Assembly: GCA_045120465.1 (NCBI GenBank)
Contig: JBGVEW010000052.1
Location: forward strand, 22,635-86,634
From: Eubacteriales bacterium
Lineage (GTDB): Bacteria > Bacillota > Clostridia > Oscillospirales > CAG-272
Length of the DNA: 64,000 nucleotides
Direction of reading: 5' to 3'
In this document: piece after piece, positions 10,253 through 18,510 of the stretch
How the letters are laid out: every line of letters starts with the position of its first letter
How positions within the stretch are numbered: position 1 is the first letter of the stretch
Notes under the pieces: generated by a model
Told to the model about the DNA's origin: nothing
Seen by the model: only the letters and a program-made list of their open reading frames with translations
The model's database searches: none
Made by a program: the position numbers and the translations under genes

Positions 10253-12031
10253 ATGAATATGCAAAATATTTGTCCCCGCCCCGAGCATCCCACCCCCCAG
10301 TGGGAGCGTTCCGATTGGAAAAACCTCAACGGCGAGTGGATGTTTGAAATTGATTACTCCAAGAGCGGTGAGGAGCGTGGGCTGCAAAAAGCGGAAGCGT
10401 TGAGCGGAACGATCATTCTTCCGTTCTGTCCCGAATCCGAGCTCTCCGGCGTTGGCGTTAAGGATTTTATGTACTGCGTTTGGTACAAAAAGATCCTTTC
10501 CTTCAATACCGATGCGCTCAAGGGAAAGCGCGTGATCTTCCATATCGGTGCCGCAGATTTTGAGACCAAGGTGTGGGTCAACGGCGCGCCGGCGGGACTG
10601 CCGCATTTGGGGGCGTTCGTTTCCTTTGAATACGATATTACCGACCTTTTGGTCAACGGTGACAATACGGTAACGATCGCGTGCTACGACGATACGAGAC
10701 ATCCCAGACAAGCGGGAGGAAAGCAGAGCCTGCGTCACAGCTCTTACGGATGCTATTATACCCGTACCACGGGTATCTGGCAGACCGTGTGGTATGAGAT
10801 CGTTCCCGAAACGCATCTCAAGTACGCACGTATCACGCCCGATCTTGAAAATTGCTCGGTTTCGGTCAATGCTGAGCTATGCGGCAGAGCGGATTTTTCG
10901 GCAGAGGTTTACTATCAGGGCAAAAAGGTTGGAGAGGCAAGCAAGAAGAATCTGTCGGTTACGGGACAGCTCGAAATCGCGCTTTCCGAAAAGCACGTAT
11001 GGGATCTTGGCGATGGGCAGCTTTACGATATGGTGTTTCGCTTTGGCGAGGACGAGGTCAAGACCTATTTCGGTCTGCGCTCGGTAGAGCTTTGCGACGG
11101 AAAGTTCCTTCTCAACGGCAGAACCGTGTTCCAACGCCTGATATTGGATCAGGGATTTTATCCGGACGGTATCTGGACCGCTCCCACCGAGGACGCGCTT
11201 CTTCAGGACATCAAGTGCAGTATGTCGGCAGGCTTTAACGGTGCGCGTCTGCACGAAAAGGTGTTTGAACCGAGATTCTTGTATCATTGTGACCGCGAAG
11301 GCTATATGGTATGGGGTGAGTACGGTAACTGGGGCTTTGACCACAGTACCACCGAGTACGTTCATCTTTATCTTTCCGATTGGTTGGCATCCGTTCGCCG
11401 CGATTACAACCATCCTTCCATCATCGGCTGGTGTCCCTTCAATGAAACGTGGGATACCAATCTTGCATGGGACGTGAGCAACGTCCAAAGACGCGCGCAG
11501 AACGATGCGGTGCTTCGCACGATGTACGAGCAGACCAAAGCGTTTGACCCCACCCGTCCCTGCATCGATACCAGCGGAAACTTCCACGTGGTGACCGATA
11601 TTTATGACGTGCACGACTACAATCAGGATCCCGTCAGCTTCAAGGCAAACTACGATAAGCTCTACTTGCAAAACGAGTTGTACGATCAGGTTCTCAATGG
11701 GAATCCCGGACGTCAGAAATGGAAGGGAGAGCCTGTATTCATGTCGGAGTACGGAGGTATCGGCTTGCAGTTGCCCGATCATAACGGTGACCGTGCCAAG
11801 GCTTGGAGCTACGGCAAATCCACACACAGCTACGAGGAGTTTTACGAGAGATATAAGGGCTTGACCGATGCGCTTTTGGACAATCCCCGTATGCTTGGCT
11901 TCTGCTACACGCAGTTGACCGACGTTGAGCAGGAGCAGAACGGACTCTTTACCTACGTTGGCAGAAAGCCCAAGTTCGATCTTGAGATCATTTCTGCAAT
12001 CAATCGCCGAAAAGCGGCAATTGAGGATTGA
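10253..12031 (+). CDS. Glycoside hydrolase family 2 protein (beta-galactosidase/glucuronidase-like)
   Basis: GH2 sugar-binding, Ig-like and TIM-barrel signatures (NGARLHEKVFEPRFLYHCDREGYMVWGE, NHPSIIGWCPFNETW). Start ATG 10253 has GAAAGGAG upstream; the track start at 10202 is an extension. Confidence 0.85.
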   Translation: MNMQNICPRPEHPTPQWERSDWKNLNGEWMFEIDYSKSGEERGLQKAEALSGTIILPFCPESELSGVGVKDFMYCVWYKKILSFNTDALKGKRVIFHIGAADFETKVWVNGAPAGLPHLGAFVSFEYDITDLLVNGDNTVTIACYDDTRHPRQAGGKQSLRHSSYGCYYTRTTGIWQTVWYEIVPETHLKYARITPDLENCSVSVNAELCGRADFSAEVYYQGKKVGEASKKNLSVTGQLEIALSEKHVWDLGDGQLYDMVFRFGEDEVKTYFGLRSVELCDGKFLLNGRTVFQRLILDQGFYPDGIWTAPTEDALLQDIKCSMSAGFNGARLHEKVFEPRFLYHCDREGYMVWGEYGNWGFDHSTTEYVHLYLSDWLASVRRDYNHPSIIGWCPFNETWDTNLAWDVSNVQRRAQNDAVLRTMYEQTKAFDPTRPCIDTSGNFHVVTDIYDVHDYNQDPVSFKANYDKLYLQNELYDQVLNGNPGRQKWKGEPVFMSEYGGIGLQLPDHNGDRAKAWSYGKSTHSYEEFYERYKGLTDALLDNPRMLGFCYTQLTDVEQEQNGLFTYVGRKPKFDLEIISAINRRKAAIED

Positions 12032-12095
12032 CGGAAAAATGAATTTTTGGGGGGAGCTTCTCGAAAGAAGCTCCCCCAGCTCGCTGAAAAAGGAG

Positions 12096-12294
12096 TCGTC
12101 AGTGTCAAATTGCCGAAAAAGTTTTGGTCAAGCTTTTTTAAAAGCTTGCGGGTTTCCAAAGGCAGAGCCTTGGTCGCTGTCCGCAGGCAGCGAAATCCCC
12201 TCAAAAACGGCGTTTCTCTTTTGTTAGCTTTTCTCTTTGCGCCTGCGGTGTCAAAGAGAAAAGCGGCTAAGGAATTTGTGCTTTTTGACAAACT
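12096..12294 (+). repeat. Structured intergenic repeat, copy A (about 190-200 bp, five internal hairpins)
   Basis: Shares tcgtcagt...aaaagttttggtcaagcttttt(t/c)aaaagcttgcg...ggcgtttctc(t/g)tttgttagctttt...ggtgtcaaa(g/c)agaaaagcggctaagg...tttgt...acaaa with 20294-20480, in the same orientation. Contains AAGCTTTT/AAAAGCTT and the perfect 13-bp hairpin GCTTTTCTCTTTG/CAAAGAGAAAAGC. Confidence 0.8.
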
Positions 12295-12330
12295 GTTGTT
12301 TTTAAACAGGGTTTGTTAGTTGCCTAGGGG

Positions 12331-12365
12331 GGTGAGTCAAATGCGAAACCGCATTTGACACACCT
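12331..12365. terminator. Terminator-like hairpin of the GTCAAATGCG...CGCATTTGAC family
   Basis: ggtgaGTCAAATGCGaaacCGCATTTGACacacc followed by tcgtagtttttctttt. The same core recurs at 20230, 20506 and 54594. Confidence 0.6.
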
Positions 12366-12430
12366 CGTAGTTTTTCTTTTGGCGATTGAACATCGCCATT
12401 TTTGCTTTTGATAAGAAAAAATAATAAATT

Positions 12431-12474
12431 CCCCTGAGCGAAAAAAGCTTACCGTTCCCTTTTTCGCTCAGGGG
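12431..12474 (-). terminator. Intrinsic terminator downstream of the MFS gene
   Basis: 15-bp stem CCCCTGAGCGAAAAA / TTTTTCGCTCAGGGG with T-rich sequence on both sides. Confidence 0.7.
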
Positions 12475-12502
12475 TTTTGCAATGACTTGACTTCAATTCG
12501 TA

Positions 12503-13759
12503 TCAGATTCTCTTAAACCGCTCCCAAAGCAGCGTTGCGCCGAGACAAACGGCAAGACCCGCAAGGGAGACGAAGATCCACGTCAAAATGGTGGTGTTCC
12601 AACCAAAGCTTTCCGCAATGGCGGCAAAGCCGTAAGAGGAGAGCGCGGCGCCGATGTAGGTACAGGCGTTGAGGAGCCCGGAATAGGTAGAGACCTTTCC
12701 GGTTTTTACAAATCGCTTGGGAACAACGGTGATGAGCATGAGATTGATTCCGTGCATTGCACCGACGATCAGTGCCATGAGGAGCATGGAGGAAACAAGG
12801 ACGACCGAATTGCCCAAGAGGGAGGAGAACAGGGTGTTGACAAAGTAGAGCAATACCGCGCAAACGGCAGATCCTCCGAAGATGACTGCGGAGCAGAACA
12901 CCTCGTTTCGGAACACCTTTCGGTGGAGCAGATCAAACGCCATAAAGCTGATCATGCTGAAAATTGCCAGAATGACCGTGGAAACGATCGCGTTTTCAGC
13001 GGGGATCGAAAAGGTTTCTGCAAGGTACGAGGGCATCCAGTTGGTTACGCCGTCACGCAAAATGCCTTGCAAAACGATTCCCAACGCAATGAACACGATC
13101 GGAACGTAAACGAATTTTGGGAGGGGCATTCTGTTCGGAATTTCCGCTTTTTCTTCGGATTTGTGCGCCCTTTGGGAAAAATCATGGGATAGCAGCTTGG
13201 GATTGAGTGCGATCCAAAAGCCCAGAACCACCGTTCCTACCAAGGCGCAGAGCAACATAATAAAACGCCAAGAAGTAACGGTGAGCAAGAGGGGGCAGAC
13301 GAGATACAAAAGGATGGTGGCTCCGGACGAGCCCCAGGATACGCGAACCGCCGCGTAACTGTACTCGGCATCATTGAGTGTTGTGGACATCATGCGGACG
13401 ATCGGGGGCCAAAGGAGTGCGTGCCCAAAACCGTTGACGCACCAGACCGCCGTCATGGGAATCGGGGATGCGAAAAAGAACATTGCTACGTTGGAAAGGA
13501 TCGCCAAGGAAAGACCTGCGGTCAGCATATGACGGGGATTGAGGCGGTCACCGAGCAATCCGCTGACCACTTGCCCTGCGCCGTAGGTGACCGTAAGTCC
13601 CGTAATGACGATGGCAAGATCGGTTTTTTGAAGTGCCAGATCCGCGCAGATCTTTACCAGCATCACCGCAAAATTGATGCGCATGACGTAGCTGGCAAAA
13701 TAAACGGCTGAGAATAAAAACGCGATCTGCTTGACGCGTGCTTGAATTTTGATGTTCAT
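12503..13759 (-). CDS. MFS transporter (organophosphate:Pi antiporter-like)
   Basis: 12-TM profile. GLLGDRLNPRHML and WCVNGFGHALLWPPIVRMM resemble the GlpT/UhpC-type signature. Last gene of a panT-coaX-MFS run. Confidence 0.75.
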   Translation of the reverse strand: MNIKIQARVKQIAFLFSAVYFASYVMRINFAVMLVKICADLALQKTDLAIVITGLTVTYGAGQVVSGLLGDRLNPRHMLTAGLSLAILSNVAMFFFASPIPMTAVWCVNGFGHALLWPPIVRMMSTTLNDAEYSYAAVRVSWGSSGATILLYLVCPLLLTVTSWRFIMLLCALVGTVVLGFWIALNPKLLSHDFSQRAHKSEEKAEIPNRMPLPKFVYVPIVFIALGIVLQGILRDGVTNWMPSYLAETFSIPAENAIVSTVILAIFSMISFMAFDLLHRKVFRNEVFCSAVIFGGSAVCAVLLYFVNTLFSSLLGNSVVLVSSMLLMALIVGAMHGINLMLITVVPKRFVKTGKVSTYSGLLNACTYIGAALSSYGFAAIAESFGWNTTILTWIFVSLAGLAVCLGATLLWERFKRI

Positions 13760-13792
13760 AAAAGCGGATTCCTTTTTCTGCTGTATTGTTTT

Positions 13793-14566
13793 TTATACGC
13801 GGTTTTTCTCCCAGATCAAACGCAATCCCTTTAAAAGAAGCGTTTCGTCCTCGGTGATCGTATGACGGCAATGGGGAATAACGACGTGTGACAGGCCGCC
13901 CGTGGCGACGATGGAGGCAAGCGTGCCGATCTGCTCTTCAAATCGGTCGAGAAGCCCGTCCACCGCTCCGGCCGAGCCGTAGAGGATTCCCGCTTTCATA
14001 CAATCGACCGTATTGGTGCCAACCGTGCTTTTGGGCGCTGTCAGATCGGTAAAGGGGAGGAGAGCCGTTCTTTGTGCCAGGGCATCAAGAGAGAGCTTGG
14101 TGCCGGGGAGGATCGCACCGCCGATGAATCGCCCTTTTTCGTCAAGGAGTGTCACCGTTGTGGCGGTTCCCATGTCTATGATCGCGCAAGGAAGCGGATA
14201 TTCTGCCTTTGCGGCAACCGCCGCGATGACCAGGTCGGAGGCGATCGTGCCGGGATCGTTGATGCAGATGTGAAGTCCCGTTTTGACCCCCGCGCCAACC
14301 ACCAACGGTGTTGTATGCGTCAGCTTTTCGGCGGCGCGCACCAGCGTTTCGGTCATGGGGGGAACAACGCAGGAAATCGCCGCGCCCAAGAGAGAATCGA
14401 GGGATATCCCCTCCAAATCCAAAATCTGCTTGATCTTCACTGCGTATCCGAATTCGGTTTCCGCGGGGTCGGTGGGAATCCGAAAAACGGGCAAGGCTGT
14501 GCCGAGAGAATCGACACAGCCTATTGTAATATGAGTATTTCCGCAATCAATTGCAAGAATCATCAT
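13793..14566 (-). CDS. coaX: Type III pantothenate kinase
   Basis: N-terminal MMILAIDCGNTHITIG, the ASKHA fold motif typical of CoaX/Baf. AAGGGA lies 7 nt upstream, 13 nt after the panT stop. Confidence 0.85.
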   Translation of the reverse strand: MMILAIDCGNTHITIGCVDSLGTALPVFRIPTDPAETEFGYAVKIKQILDLEGISLDSLLGAAISCVVPPMTETLVRAAEKLTHTTPLVVGAGVKTGLHICINDPGTIASDLVIAAVAAKAEYPLPCAIIDMGTATTVTLLDEKGRFIGGAILPGTKLSLDALAQRTALLPFTDLTAPKSTVGTNTVDCMKAGILYGSAGAVDGLLDRFEEQIGTLASIVATGGLSHVVIPHCRHTITEDETLLLKGLRLIWEKNRV

Positions 14567-14578
14567 GATACCGTCCCT

Positions 14579-15184
14579 TTAAAACCGCTTTTGAACAGCG
14601 GAAATCACGCGCAGAATGACGGGGGTCAAAACAAGGTTGATTGCAAGCTCCACCAAAAAGTTGACTCCTACCACTCCGAGAATCACGTAGGCAAACGCAT
14701 TGGCAAAGCCCTCACCGATCGCCCAGCCGGTAACAAGGCTGTTGTAAAACGCCAGCATACCGATGCAAAGGATACCCGTGTTGCAGATCGGGCAGGCAAT
14801 CGCGGACAAAATGACCGCAATCAACGGCTTGGTGCGGTTTTTGAGCGCTTTCCAGATCCATCCCGCAACCGCTCCCGCGACGGTGCTTTTGAGCATACAA
14901 AGAAAGAGCGTGAGAACGGGATTTTGCTGGAACATTAAAAATCCGCCCGCATCGGCACCCGTTACGACGGAAATGCATACAACGACACCAAATACGCCAC
15001 CGAGGATGGCTCCCGAAAGCGGGCCGAAGAGGATGGCACCGATGATAATGGGTACCAAAGAGAGCGTAATGGTAAAGGGGCCGATCTTAATTCCGCTTGC
15101 CACCAATTGCAAAACGATGACCACTGCGGCAAGGATCGCTGTTCCGACAAGACGTCGGATCATTTGACGGTTTGTGTTGTTCAT
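14579..15184 (-). CDS. panT: ECF-transporter substrate-specific (S) component, probably pantothenate (PanT)
   Basis: About 200 aa with 6 TM helices of ECF S-component type. Lies immediately upstream of coaX. ATG 15184 has GGAGG 8 nt upstream; the track's TTG 15190 is too close to the RBS. Substrate is inferred from context only. Confidence 0.65.
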   Translation of the reverse strand: MNNTNRQMIRRLVGTAILAAVVIVLQLVASGIKIGPFTITLSLVPIIIGAILFGPLSGAILGGVFGVVVCISVVTGADAGGFLMFQQNPVLTLFLCMLKSTVAGAVAGWIWKALKNRTKPLIAVILSAIACPICNTGILCIGMLAFYNSLVTGWAIGEGFANAFAYVILGVVGVNFLVELAINLVLTPVILRVISAVQKRF

Positions 15185-15300
15185 ATTCAATTCCTCCTGC
15201 TACTGTTCCGATCCTGTCGGATATAGTGCAGGGAGAGTATAACACATTTTTGCGCAAATGTCAAGCGGTTGGAGGGATATTCTCCAACCGTTGCGCGACT

Positions 15301-15813
15301 TTATTGCTTTTGCAATACCTGTTCGATCTCACAGATATACACGCGGTGGTAATCTTTTTTTGCGTAGTGCGCAAGCATTTCGGAATCGATAAAGGCACTT
15401 TCCTTGATGTCATCTGCGTACAGTTTACGGCAGATGAGCACAACGGAGGCTTCGGCGGGGTAGGGCACGCCGTCTTCGGTCAAGGCTTTGGTCAAGCCCG
15501 CACCCTCAAATTTGTCACCGTCACGCCCCGAGGTTCTGCCGCAAAAGGTGAGCGCGGAGCGGTATGCCTCCCCATCAAAAAAGGAAAGCGAGAGGCGGTC
15601 GCTCTTTTCGGTCAACGAGTAGGTGTAGCGTTGCGGACGGATAAAGCAAAACGCCACGGGCTTGTGCCAAAGCACGCCCAAACCGCCCCACGAAGCGGTC
15701 ATCACGTTGGACTGTTCTCCGTCGGAGGCACCGATGAGCATCCAATCCTTGCCGATTCGCGAGAAAACGCCGTCAAAATCTTCGGGGCGAACGGGAATCA
15801 TTTTTTGTTCCAT
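15301..15813 (-). CDS. Flavin reductase-like FMN-binding domain protein
   Basis: NVMTASWGGLGVLWHKPVAFCFIRPQRYT matches the flavin-reductase-like split-barrel signature. ATG 15813 has an AAAGGAAG RBS. Confidence 0.7.
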   Translation of the reverse strand: MEQKMIPVRPEDFDGVFSRIGKDWMLIGASDGEQSNVMTASWGGLGVLWHKPVAFCFIRPQRYTYSLTEKSDRLSLSFFDGEAYRSALTFCGRTSGRDGDKFEGAGLTKALTEDGVPYPAEASVVLICRKLYADDIKESAFIDSEMLAHYAKKDYHRVYICEIEQVLQKQ

Positions 15814-15990
15814 AACATATCTTCCTTTCAAAACGGTATATTTATATCATACTCCCGTGCGTCCCAAAATGCAAGTAGATGAGAAAAAGTTTTTGAAAAA
15901 ACAGGATTTACCAAAACGTTAACAGCTTTTACATAGAAAATCTTTTTTGTGTGCGATATAATAAAAGAAATACGGAAAGGAGTGACCCAA

Positions 15991-17667
15991 ATGCGTTTTT
16001 CGCTTCTTCAACAACCTTCCTTTTGGACGGAGTTGACCAAAGATCCCTCACGCGCACCTTTGCTGACACATATTGAAAAGAAATGGGAGGAGCTTGGTGA
16101 GGATCCCATTCCATCCATCTCCTACTTTGACCGTATGCTGTTTTATAAAACGGGAGACCGTAAGACCTTCGAGACCTCGTATTTTCGCCGCCGAAACGCG
16201 CTTTCCGCCGTGTCGATCCTTGCCTTGATCCACCCCGAACGGGAGGATTATCTTGCAAACGTGCAACGTTATTTGTGGGAAATTTGCGATGAGTATTCCT
16301 GGGCACTTCCCGCGCATACCAAGGGAGACCCCGACACAGATCCGTTTGAATTGGATCTGTTCAATTGCGAAACGGGCTTTGCCGTCACCGAGATCGCACA
16401 GCTTTTGCGCGATCGACTTGAAAAAGCGGTCTGCGAGCGCGTCAGGATTGAAGTCAAACGCCGCATCATTGAGCCGTACTGCGCGCGCCTTACCTGCTTT
16501 GACGATAATTTTGCCAACTGGGCAGCGGTTTGCGGCGGTAACGTGGGAGGCACCCTGATGTATTGGGATCCCGATCTCTTTCGCGCACAGCTCCCGCGTA
16601 TTTTGAAGAATATGCAGAATTTTATCGACGGTTTTTCGGACGAGGGAATCTGCATGGAGGGAACGACCTATTGGGTCTATGGATTTTCCAATTTCGTGTG
16701 GTTTTCGGAGATGCTTTTGCATTTCACCAACGGAAAAATCGATCTGCTGGATAGCCGCAAGGTGGAGTTGATCGCGGGATATATGCAGCGCAGCTTCCTG
16801 AAGGGAAACACCACCGTCAGCTTTTCGGACGGAACGCGTACGGGACGCGCGGCAGACGAACTGCAGTACTATCTCACGCAGCGTTTCCCCAACTCGGTGC
16901 ACATGCTTCCGCGAGAGGTCAGCGCAACGTGGGACGGTAACGTTTCGTGGATTCAATGGACGCGTGCACTTTTGCACACGCCGCCCGTCGATATTCCGCG
17001 CTCTTTGCCAACCCAAAATTACGATTTTCCCATGGCGGCGCAGACCGTCGTTCACGAGGATGCATACTCGCTTTTCGCCAAGGCGGGAAATAACCGCGAA
17101 GAGCATAACCACAACGACGTGGGAAGCTTTATCCTTGCTACCAAAAACGGGCAAGTGCTTTGCGATATCGGCGCCGGGATTTATACGCGCCAATATTTTC
17201 GACATACAATGCACGAGAGATATGCCATCCTTTGCAATTCCTCATTGGGGCATAGCGTTCCCATTGTAAACGGTCAGCCTCAGCTGTTTGGAAAGCAGTA
17301 CGCAGGCAGCCTTTGCCATCGGGGAAATCGCATCGAGATCGAGATGGCGGGGGCGTACGGAATCCCCGAATTGCAAAGCCTTTCGCGCGTGCTGTGTCAT
17401 CAAGCCGACCGCGTGGAATTGACCGATTCCTTTGAGGGGGAGATTGATTCCTTTACCGACCGCTTCGTGAGCTTTTTTGAACCCACGGTGTGCGAAAACG
17501 AGGTTTTGGTGGCGGACGTGCGCATTGGATTTGACCCGACTGCCGTAACACCGCGGGTGAGTGTTGATAGGCACTTCAGGTACACGGGGGACGGAGACCC
17601 CGTTTATCTGCTCGATTTTGAAGTCAAAAAGGGGATTCACAGCGTAACGTTTTTGTTTACGTTTTGA
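15991..17667 (+). CDS. Heparinase II/III-like protein (polysaccharide-lyase-like), no signal peptide
   Basis: N-terminal alpha/alpha-toroid-like region (YLWEICDEYSWALPAH) and the C-terminal heparinase II/III signature HNHNDVGSF. ATG 15991 has AAAGGAG 8 nt upstream. Confidence 0.75.
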   Translation: MRFSLLQQPSFWTELTKDPSRAPLLTHIEKKWEELGEDPIPSISYFDRMLFYKTGDRKTFETSYFRRRNALSAVSILALIHPEREDYLANVQRYLWEICDEYSWALPAHTKGDPDTDPFELDLFNCETGFAVTEIAQLLRDRLEKAVCERVRIEVKRRIIEPYCARLTCFDDNFANWAAVCGGNVGGTLMYWDPDLFRAQLPRILKNMQNFIDGFSDEGICMEGTTYWVYGFSNFVWFSEMLLHFTNGKIDLLDSRKVELIAGYMQRSFLKGNTTVSFSDGTRTGRAADELQYYLTQRFPNSVHMLPREVSATWDGNVSWIQWTRALLHTPPVDIPRSLPTQNYDFPMAAQTVVHEDAYSLFAKAGNNREEHNHNDVGSFILATKNGQVLCDIGAGIYTRQYFRHTMHERYAILCNSSLGHSVPIVNGQPQLFGKQYAGSLCHRGNRIEIEMAGAYGIPELQSLSRVLCHQADRVELTDSFEGEIDSFTDRFVSFFEPTVCENEVLVADVRIGFDPTAVTPRVSVDRHFRYTGDGDPVYLLDFEVKKGIHSVTFLFTF

Positions 17668-17753
17668 ATTTTAAAGGGATCGGATTGCAAGGGTTGTTTT
17701 GCGATGCGATCCCTTGCTTTTTTGAACGAGATGTTAACAATCGGCAAAAAGGA

Positions 17754-17805
17754 TTGACAAATTTGCGAAAGGTATGATATAATCAGTGCAGCACACAGTG
17801 TGCTG
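17754..17805 (+). promoter_or_regulatory. Promoter (TTGACA-18-TATAAT) with a perfect 8-1-8 palindrome, candidate TetR operator
   Basis: -35 at 17754-17759 and -10 at 17778-17783. CAGCACAC-a-GTGTGCTG at 17789-17805 lies between the -10 and the tetR RBS. Confidence 0.7.
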
Positions 17806-17821
17806 AACAGGAGGTGCTCGA

Positions 17822-18415
17822 TTGACAGGTCGTTTGCGTAAGAAGGAAGAACTGATTTCGGATGCGATGTCCGATCGGATCATCGAAACCGCGGAGCGGA
17901 TCGCAACCTCCGAGGGGGCGCATACCGTTACGGTGCGCAAGATCCTCAAGGAGCTCGGGATTACGAACCGCGTATTTTATAACCGCTTTCGCAACGTTGA
18001 TGACGTTCTTGCGATCGTTTATAAAAATATGGTTGTCAAGATCCGTCGGGATATTCTTTCGGAATATCATGAAACGCAGGATTTTTTTGAGTACGTGATG
18101 GACGTCGTCGAGCGTTCGCTCGTGATCACCTACGATACCAAAATGCAATTCAGCCAATACGCGTTTGAAAATGATTCTCTTACCGAAAGCAACTACGCGT
18201 GGTGGACGGATCAGATCAAATCACTGATCGATTCCGCCAAGGAGCGCGGTTTGATCAAGGACGTGGATTCCGAGGTGATGAGTTACTCCATTTGGTGCTT
18301 TTGCCGCGGATACAACGCCGACGCAGCCGGGAGAAATCTGCCCAAGGACGAGGCGATCCGAAATTTTCGGTACAGCTTTGGTTTTTTGCTCGAGGGCATG
18401 AAAAAACGTTCTTGA
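17822..18415 (+). CDS. TetR/AcrR family transcriptional regulator
   Basis: N-terminal HTH (TVRKILKELGITNRVFYNRFRNVDDVL). TTG start has AGGAGG 7 nt upstream. Confidence 0.85.
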   Translation: MTGRLRKKEELISDAMSDRIIETAERIATSEGAHTVTVRKILKELGITNRVFYNRFRNVDDVLAIVYKNMVVKIRRDILSEYHETQDFFEYVMDVVERSLVITYDTKMQFSQYAFENDSLTESNYAWWTDQIKSLIDSAKERGLIKDVDSEVMSYSIWCFCRGYNADAAGRNLPKDEAIRNFRYSFGFLLEGMKKRS

Positions 18416-18510
18416 TTGGAAATCAATGCCGCGTGAATTTATGTTGCAACGCGGCAAACTAATTTTGAAAACGATTATGAAAAACATATGGTTTGAAAGG
18501 ATCTGCAAAC

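Noticed and set aside
12047-12319. 90-112-aa ORFs inside repeat copy A, and 67-99-aa ORFs inside copy B at 20006-20609
   Set aside because: The frames differ between the two copies. The conserved features are stems with compensatory changes rather than codons. There are no RBSs.
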